Positions 46,942 through 52,281 of a stretch of 52,281 nt of DNA are shown one piece after another (within the stretch, counting starts at the first letter, position 1; every line of letters begins with the position of its first letter). The stretch covers positions 1 through 52,281 of the forward strand of contig CAITJH010000037.1 of assembly GCA_903892635.1 (NCBI GenBank). The letters run 5' to 3'. Position numbers and translations under genes: made by a program. Origin of the DNA: an uncultured Actinomycetes bacterium (lineage in GTDB: Bacteria; Actinomycetota; Actinomycetes; S36-B12; UBA5976). The notes beneath the pieces are model-generated. The model was not told the origin of the DNA and did not search any database. It was given only the letters and a program-made list of their open reading frames with translations.

Positions 46942-49164
46942 ATGGAAAACAACAGCAGATCGGACAAACCCCTCAATCGGTTCCAGTTGCTGAGCAAAAT
47001 GACTATTTTTATTACGCTCGCTGGCCTTGTTGCCTCGCTAGCGTTACTCCCACTTGTTGGAACAACTGGACTTGCTATGCGAAATAGTGTTCAGGAGTTT
47101 CAAAATCTTCCGGCAGATCTCACACAGGTACCGTTGCCACAGCAAAGTGTCATGACTGACATTCATGGAACTCAAATTGCTGTTTTGTATGCCCAAGATC
47201 GAATTGAAGTACCACTTGATCAGATCTCACCCATCATGCAACAAGCACTTATCTCGATTGAGGATCAGCGCTTTCTTCAGCACTCCGGAATCGATATTCG
47301 AGGCACACTACGCGCGCTAATTTCGACATCGTCGGGTTCACAGGTACAAGGTGGCTCGACAATCACGCAACAATACGTAAAACAAATTCTGTTAACAGCG
47401 GCGACAACGAAGGCCGAACAGCAAGCTGCGACCGCGGTATCAATCGCACGAAAAATTCGTGAAGCACGATATGCAATAGGTCTTGAAAATAAGTTGTCGA
47501 AAAAACAAATTCTTCAGGGCTATCTCAACATTGCTTATTTTGGGGCCGGTTCATATGGCGTTGAAGTGGCAGCACGTCGCTACTTCAGCGTTCATGCAAA
47601 TGAATTGTCACTTACTCAAGCCGCAACACTTGCAGGACTCGTTCAAAACCCTTCGCGGTATGACCCAACTCGCTTTCCTGACATTGCGACATCACGTCGA
47701 AACCAAGTGCTTGACGCTATGGCACATGCTGGCTACATCACTCAGTCGCAGGCTGATGCCTCAAAACAAGTGTTGATGAAGGACGATCTCAAACCATCAA
47801 CAATTCCCAATGGATGTACAACATCAGTAGCGCCGTATTTTTGCGACTACGTAATCAACACAATCTTGACTGATCCAACATTCGGCGCAACAGCTGACGA
47901 GCGCGAACAATTGCTCAACATTGGTGGCCTCACAATTAAGACCACGCTAGATTTCAAAGCACAAGATGCAGCTCAAAAAGCTGCTAACAATCAAATTCCG
48001 CCAACGGATGCCAGTCAAAAAGCTGTAGGAATAACAATGGTTCGCCCTGGAACAGGCGAGATTGTTGCCATGGCTGAAAATCGCACATGGGGTCGAAGTG
48101 GTGCCGGACAAACCACAGTAAATTACAACGTCCCTGTAGCCGATCACGGCACAGTTGGTTTTCAAGCGGGATCAACGTTCAAAATCTTCACCATGGCTGC
48201 TGCGTTTAAACAGGGTTGGAATCCTTTTGAAGTGTTGCCAGCTCCTGCAACAAAAACATTTAAAGATTTCATTGAGTGTGAATCGGGTGCGGCTTACCCG
48301 CCATATACAGTTCATAACTCGACAAGTTCGGGTGCTTTCAATATGTTAAGCGGCGCCGCATATTCGGTGAACACATACTTCGTAGGACTTGAAGAAAAAA
48401 TTGGTTTGTGCGGTCCACCTGCAATGGCAAAAGCAGCCGGACTCAAACAAGGTAATGGTGAAGATCTCAAGGCATACCCATGTTTTACTCTCGGTTGTTT
48501 CGACGTGACGACTCTTGGTATGGCAAATGCCGTAGCCACATTTTCTGCACATGGAATTCACTGCAATCCGATTTCCATTGCATCAATAACTGATCGAAAT
48601 AACGATTCGCTCAAAGTCCCACTGAGTAACTGCACTCGCACAATTGACCTTCAAGTCGCCGATAGTGTCACGGCGGTGCTTGCTGGAGTTATTGACGGAC
48701 CAATTCCAGGTCGAACTGGTCAAAAGATGTACTTCGGTCGTCCGGCTGCGGGCAAGACTGGAACAACGGATAACTCGGCTGCAGTGTGGTTTGTTGGTTA
48801 CACGCCCGATCTAGCCGCAGCAGTGTGGGTTGGAGACCCACGAGGTGGACAGCAATATCCGATGCAGAATGTCACGATCAATGGACAGTTCTATTCGAAC
48901 GTATTTGGTTCATTAATGCCCGGGCCTGTGTGGCGCGAAGCGATGAAGGGCGCGTTGGCAGATACGCCACCAACCGCATGGAACTTAACTACTCTCAATG
49001 GATTAAATCCTGGTGGCGTAGGCAACGACACGGGCATTCATAAAGGAAAATGTGCGGGACTGACTGGCACTGAATTAGCCACGTGTAAGGCGGCGTCGAA
49101 AAAGACCAAGCCTTCTGCATCGGCTGCTGCTTCAAGTCAGCCTGCACCAACATCTACCCCTTAG
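46942..49164 (+). CDS. ponA: Class A penicillin-binding protein (transglycosylase/transpeptidase, PonA2-like)
   Basis: IEDQRF..HSGID, QGGSTITQQYVK, RK..E, YLN; transpeptidase GSTFK, SVN, KTGT. Confidence 0.95.
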   Translation: MENNSRSDKPLNRFQLLSKMTIFITLAGLVASLALLPLVGTTGLAMRNSVQEFQNLPADLTQVPLPQQSVMTDIHGTQIAVLYAQDRIEVPLDQISPIMQQALISIEDQRFLQHSGIDIRGTLRALISTSSGSQVQGGSTITQQYVKQILLTAATTKAEQQAATAVSIARKIREARYAIGLENKLSKKQILQGYLNIAYFGAGSYGVEVAARRYFSVHANELSLTQAATLAGLVQNPSRYDPTRFPDIATSRRNQVLDAMAHAGYITQSQADASKQVLMKDDLKPSTIPNGCTTSVAPYFCDYVINTILTDPTFGATADEREQLLNIGGLTIKTTLDFKAQDAAQKAANNQIPPTDASQKAVGITMVRPGTGEIVAMAENRTWGRSGAGQTTVNYNVPVADHGTVGFQAGSTFKIFTMAAAFKQGWNPFEVLPAPATKTFKDFIECESGAAYPPYTVHNSTSSGAFNMLSGAAYSVNTYFVGLEEKIGLCGPPAMAKAAGLKQGNGEDLKAYPCFTLGCFDVTTLGMANAVATFSAHGIHCNPISIASITDRNNDSLKVPLSNCTRTIDLQVADSVTAVLAGVIDGPIPGRTGQKMYFGRPAAGKTGTTDNSAAVWFVGYTPDLAAAVWVGDPRGGQQYPMQNVTINGQFYSNVFGSLMPGPVWREAMKGALADTPPTAWNLTTLNGLNPGGVGNDTGIHKGKCAGLTGTELATCKAASKKTKPSASAAASSQPAPTSTP

Positions 49165-49191
49165 ACTCGTGAACAACAGCAAGGACAGCTC

Positions 49192-49656
49192 ATGACAACT
49201 CTTAAAGAACAACTCCAAGCCGATCTCACTCAGGGCATTCGAGACAAAAACACCTCAGTTACTGCAACACTTCGCATGGTGCTCTCGGCAATCACAAATG
49301 AGGAAGTCTCAGGAAAAGTTGCTCGTGAACTTTCTGACCAAGATGTAATTACCGTCCTGACTCGTGAAGCAAAAAAACGCAAAGAGGCAGCTACTGCGTT
49401 TGACGATGCACAACGTCCAGAACTTGCAGCTAAAGAACGTGAAGAATTAGCCATCATTTCGAATTATCTTCCCGCGGCTCTGTCGGCGGAAGAGGTCAAT
49501 GCCATCATCGCTGCTGCCGTTGCCGAAGTAACCGCAGCAGGACAATCAGGACCTAGTGCCATGGGTGCTGTGATGAAACTAGTCACACCTCAGGTTGCAG
49601 GTCGAGCAGACGGTGGCGAAATCGCTTCTGCCGTTAAAGCTGCACTTACGCAATAG
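49192..49656 (+). CDS. GatB/YqeY domain protein
   Basis: LR.......E, E.KKRKEA...F, E..I...YLP, MG.VM.......GRADG. Confidence 0.93.
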   Translation: MTTLKEQLQADLTQGIRDKNTSVTATLRMVLSAITNEEVSGKVARELSDQDVITVLTREAKKRKEAATAFDDAQRPELAAKEREELAIISNYLPAALSAEEVNAIIAAAVAEVTAAGQSGPSAMGAVMKLVTPQVAGRADGGEIASAVKAALTQ

Positions 49657-49691
49657 GCACTTACCTCTATACATTTACCCAAACCAATAGT

Positions 49692-50636
49692 GTGGAGTTT
49701 GTGGCTTCTAAGAAAACTCAGGTCGGTTTTGCCCTTCTGACTATGTACATTGCATGGGGCACTACATACGTCGGAATTGCATTTGCCATTCAATCGATGC
49801 CCGACATTCTTTCTATGGGAATGCGATTCTTTGCCGCAGCTTTTTTACAATTTTTACTCGTTGGATTCCGATCTGGATTTTCGCAGTTCTCTGTCACTAA
49901 AAAGCAATTAACAAATACTGCGGTGCTTGGCACAATGATGCTCGCTGCTGGACTGGGCACAATGTCCGCCGCAGAGCATGTCGTACCTCTAAGCGCCGCA
50001 TCGTTGATTGTGGCATCGATGCCAATTTGGACCGGCATTTTTCGCATGCTTGATGGTGATCGACCCTCGCGTGCGAGCGTGCTAGGTATCTTCGCTGGCT
50101 TTATTGGAATCCTGATTATTTTGCAGCCCGGCCAAACGATCGCACGCGCTGGTGGCAATCAGTCACATGTGACTGTGTGGATGTTCATCATCTTGTTAGG
50201 CAACTTGTCGTGGTCAATTGGTTCATTCATCACACAACGACTCGATACTCCAAAAAACACTATGGTTCTGACAACGTTCGAAATGTTTTTCGCAGCCATC
50301 ACCTTGACTCTGGTTGGTCTTGGGACTGGACAAAAGTTTTCTGACTTTTTTGATGCGACTGCTCAATCATGGGCGGGCTGGGCATACTTAGTTGTCATTG
50401 GATCTGTCGTTGGCTACAGCACATATAACTTTTTGTTGAGCAATGCGCCGATCAGTTTGGTGTCAACCTATTCCTACGTCAATCCAATTGTTGCAACCGT
50501 GTTAGGTCTCATCATTTTTGATGAAAAACTTACACGTAACATTGTCGTCGGTGGACTAGTCGTTTTAGCGAGTGTTGCCCTAGTTATTACTTCGGAAAAT
50601 GCGAACGCAAAGAAAGCTGTTACTTCTCAAACGTAG
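49692..50636 (+). CDS. EamA/DMT family transporter (YedA-like)
   Basis: Y..WGTTY..I, RF..A, YL...GS..GY..Y, Y.YVNP.VA; ten TMs. Confidence 0.92.
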   Translation: MEFVASKKTQVGFALLTMYIAWGTTYVGIAFAIQSMPDILSMGMRFFAAAFLQFLLVGFRSGFSQFSVTKKQLTNTAVLGTMMLAAGLGTMSAAEHVVPLSAASLIVASMPIWTGIFRMLDGDRPSRASVLGIFAGFIGILIILQPGQTIARAGGNQSHVTVWMFIILLGNLSWSIGSFITQRLDTPKNTMVLTTFEMFFAAITLTLVGLGTGQKFSDFFDATAQSWAGWAYLVVIGSVVGYSTYNFLLSNAPISLVSTYSYVNPIVATVLGLIIFDEKLTRNIVVGGLVVLASVALVITSENANAKKAVTSQT

Positions 50637-51693
50637 ACAGTATGTTCAGGATGCGCTTGAGTGCTTCTTCTTCACCGATTGTGATGCGAACACCTTCACC
50701 AGGAAACGGTCTAGCGGCTACTGCTTGTTTGGCACATTCCGCAACAAAATCGCCTGTGCGATCGCCGAATTTCAGCCATACAAAGTTCGCCTGGCTATCC
50801 TCAATGTCATATCCGCGCTGACGAAGTTCCGCTTCGAACCATTCGCGAGTTAATACGATGTCGTTTACTCGCTTGAGCAATTCATCTTCGTGTTCAAGGG
50901 ATGCTACGGCAGCATCTTGTGCGATGTTTGAGACTCCAAAAGGCACTGCCGTCTTTCGAACCGCTTCAGCAACTTCTTCGGGTCCGATCAAAAAACCAAC
51001 ACGCAAGGCAGCCAGTCCATAAGCCTTGGAGAAAGTACGCAGCACTGCAACATTCGAGTATTTATTCATGCTCGCAAGTCCATCCAGTGCCTGCGGATCA
51101 CGATTGAACTCAACGTACGCTTCGTCTACGACTACCAAAACATCTGTTGGAACCTTTGTCATAAAGTCATCAAATTCTTGTTGACTTACGACAGTTCCTG
51201 TTGGGTTATTTGGTGTGCACACAAAAATCAAACGCGTGGCATCTGTAATTGCCTCTGCCATTGCTGGCAAATCGTGACCATCGTCGGGCCTTAGTGGAAC
51301 TTGGATAGCCTTTGCGCCTGCAATGGCAGCAATTATTGGGTAAGCCTCAAATGATCGCCAAGCAAAAATAATTTCATCACCAGCACCTGCTACTGCTTGC
51401 ACAATCTGTTGACACACTCCAACAGAACCCGTACCGGTAGCAATCATTTCTGGAGTAACGCCATGGCGTTGCGCAAGTGCCTGCGTCAGTTGTGTAGCGA
51501 AAGGATCGGGATAGCGATGAATGCTATTGGCTGCTTGAGCTATAACTTCAAGAACACTGGGTAACGGATCCATAGGATTTTCGTTGCTCGACAGTTTGAA
51601 TGATTCAAGTCCTGCAACAGGAGCCGCTTTTTGTCCAGCTTTGTACGTTGGAAGCTTGGCGATTTCTGGTCGAATCCTGATGGGTTTACTCAC
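50620..51693 (-). CDS. Histidinol-phosphate/aromatic aminotransferase (HisC/Pat family)
   Basis: LSSNENP, YPD, PNNPTG, DEAY.EF, RTFSKAYGLA.LRVG. Isolated from his genes, so probably Pat-like. Confidence 0.9.
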   Translation of the reverse strand: MSKPIRIRPEIAKLPTYKAGQKAAPVAGLESFKLSSNENPMDPLPSVLEVIAQAANSIHRYPDPFATQLTQALAQRHGVTPEMIATGTGSVGVCQQIVQAVAGAGDEIIFAWRSFEAYPIIAAIAGAKAIQVPLRPDDGHDLPAMAEAITDATRLIFVCTPNNPTGTVVSQQEFDDFMTKVPTDVLVVVDEAYVEFNRDPQALDGLASMNKYSNVAVLRTFSKAYGLAALRVGFLIGPEEVAEAVRKTAVPFGVSNIAQDAAVASLEHEDELLKRVNDIVLTREWFEAELRQRGYDIEDSQANFVWLKFGDRTGDFVAECAKQAVAARPFPGEGVRITIGEEEALKRILNILSTFEK

Positions 51694-52281
51694 GAACCCA
51701 GCCTACGGCTAACAACAACAGTGACGTCATCTCGATTCCACGTAACCGATGTTGATCGAGCGGCTGACAGGAGAGTTTGACCGACAGCGGAGACTTCATG
51801 TTGAGGATTCACCGAACGCACAATGTCAACGACTCCATCGATCGAGAACTCAGCCCCTTGTGCATCTTGAGTTTCCAATAACCCATCGGACACAACGACG
51901 ACCGTAGCCTGTGGTGGGCAAACAACTTCACGCACATTCCATTCATGACCTAAACCAATGAGCAAGGGTCCCGTCGCACTAATGCGCTCGACAAATCCAT
52001 CCTCGAAAGCAATCATCACGTCGGGGTGTCCAGCGTTTACCACTTGAATGGGTGCTGAAACATCATCCGGAAATGTAATGACAGCAGCTGATGCCGCTAA
52101 TGACTCAACACCTGCGAGGTCCTCGGACACTCGGCGGAGTACCTCGGGTACTGAAAATCCAGCGTTCAGTCCTGCAGTCAATACGGCTTTCATCTGCAGT
52201 CCCATGACAGCTGCTGATGGACCGTGTCCGGCCACGTCAGCAACAATCAACACGGTTGCACCCTCAATTCGAACCGTGTCC
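51690..52281 (-). CDS. PP2C/SpoIIE-type serine phosphatase (RsbU-like), 3' part only
   Basis: ADVAGHG, NAGHP, SDGLLE, DDVT; the ORF continues past the window end. Confidence 0.88.
   Translation of the reverse strand, partial: DTVRIEGATVLIVADVAGHGPSAAVMGLQMKAVLTAGLNAGFSVPEVLRRVSEDLAGVESLAASAAVITFPDDVSAPIQVVNAGHPDVMIAFEDGFVERISATGPLLIGLGHEWNVREVVCPPQATVVVVSDGLLETQDAQGAEFSIDGVVDIVRSVNPQHEVSAVGQTLLSAARSTSVTWNRDDVTVVVSRRLGS

Overview
This is a 52-kb core-chromosome window from a compact, moderate-GC Actinomycetota genome. GC is roughly 48-50% by eye; short spacers and many leaderless starts suggest a freshwater or streamlined lineage (inference). In order it carries: the 5' part of a secreted SwmB-type repeat protein; a membrane sensor kinase with a NarL/LuxR regulator; an acetyl-CoA hydrolase/transferase; CopC and a CopD-CtaG fusion; a nitrilase-family hydrolase; an orphan HATPase fragment; and the ftsH-folE-folP-folB-folK-DUF3180 operon. 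Next come a SAM-IV riboswitch-controlled amino-acid ABC importer, tadA with tRNA-Ser(CGA), the three-gene pnt transhydrogenase, TauE, an ABC-2 exporter, lhgO, a long coiled-coil protein, a DEAD-box helicase with a repeat-rich N-terminus and structured leader, rmuC and tRNA-Arg(ACG). The rest is a reduced version of the conserved actinobacterial block BldG-like STAS / DUF1998 helicase / Tad-Flp pilus / ssd / Fic-like / nhaA / acs / marP / nth / crp / ridA / whiB4 / ponA, ending in a partial PP2C phosphatase. I saw no CRISPR array, transposase, integrase or prophage. The most novel signals are regulatory. (i) A ~21-bp box sits at matching distance upstream of both genes flanking the two-component pair, a candidate mini-regulon coupling a surface repeat protein to CoA-transferase metabolism. 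(ii) A 17-bp-spaced TGTGGA direct repeat sits upstream of both Tad-pilus promoters. (iii) PafBC/RecA-NDp-type promoters precede rmuC and the DUF1998 helicase. (iv) There are several structured non-coding stretches. All calls are by manual motif reading; no searches were run.
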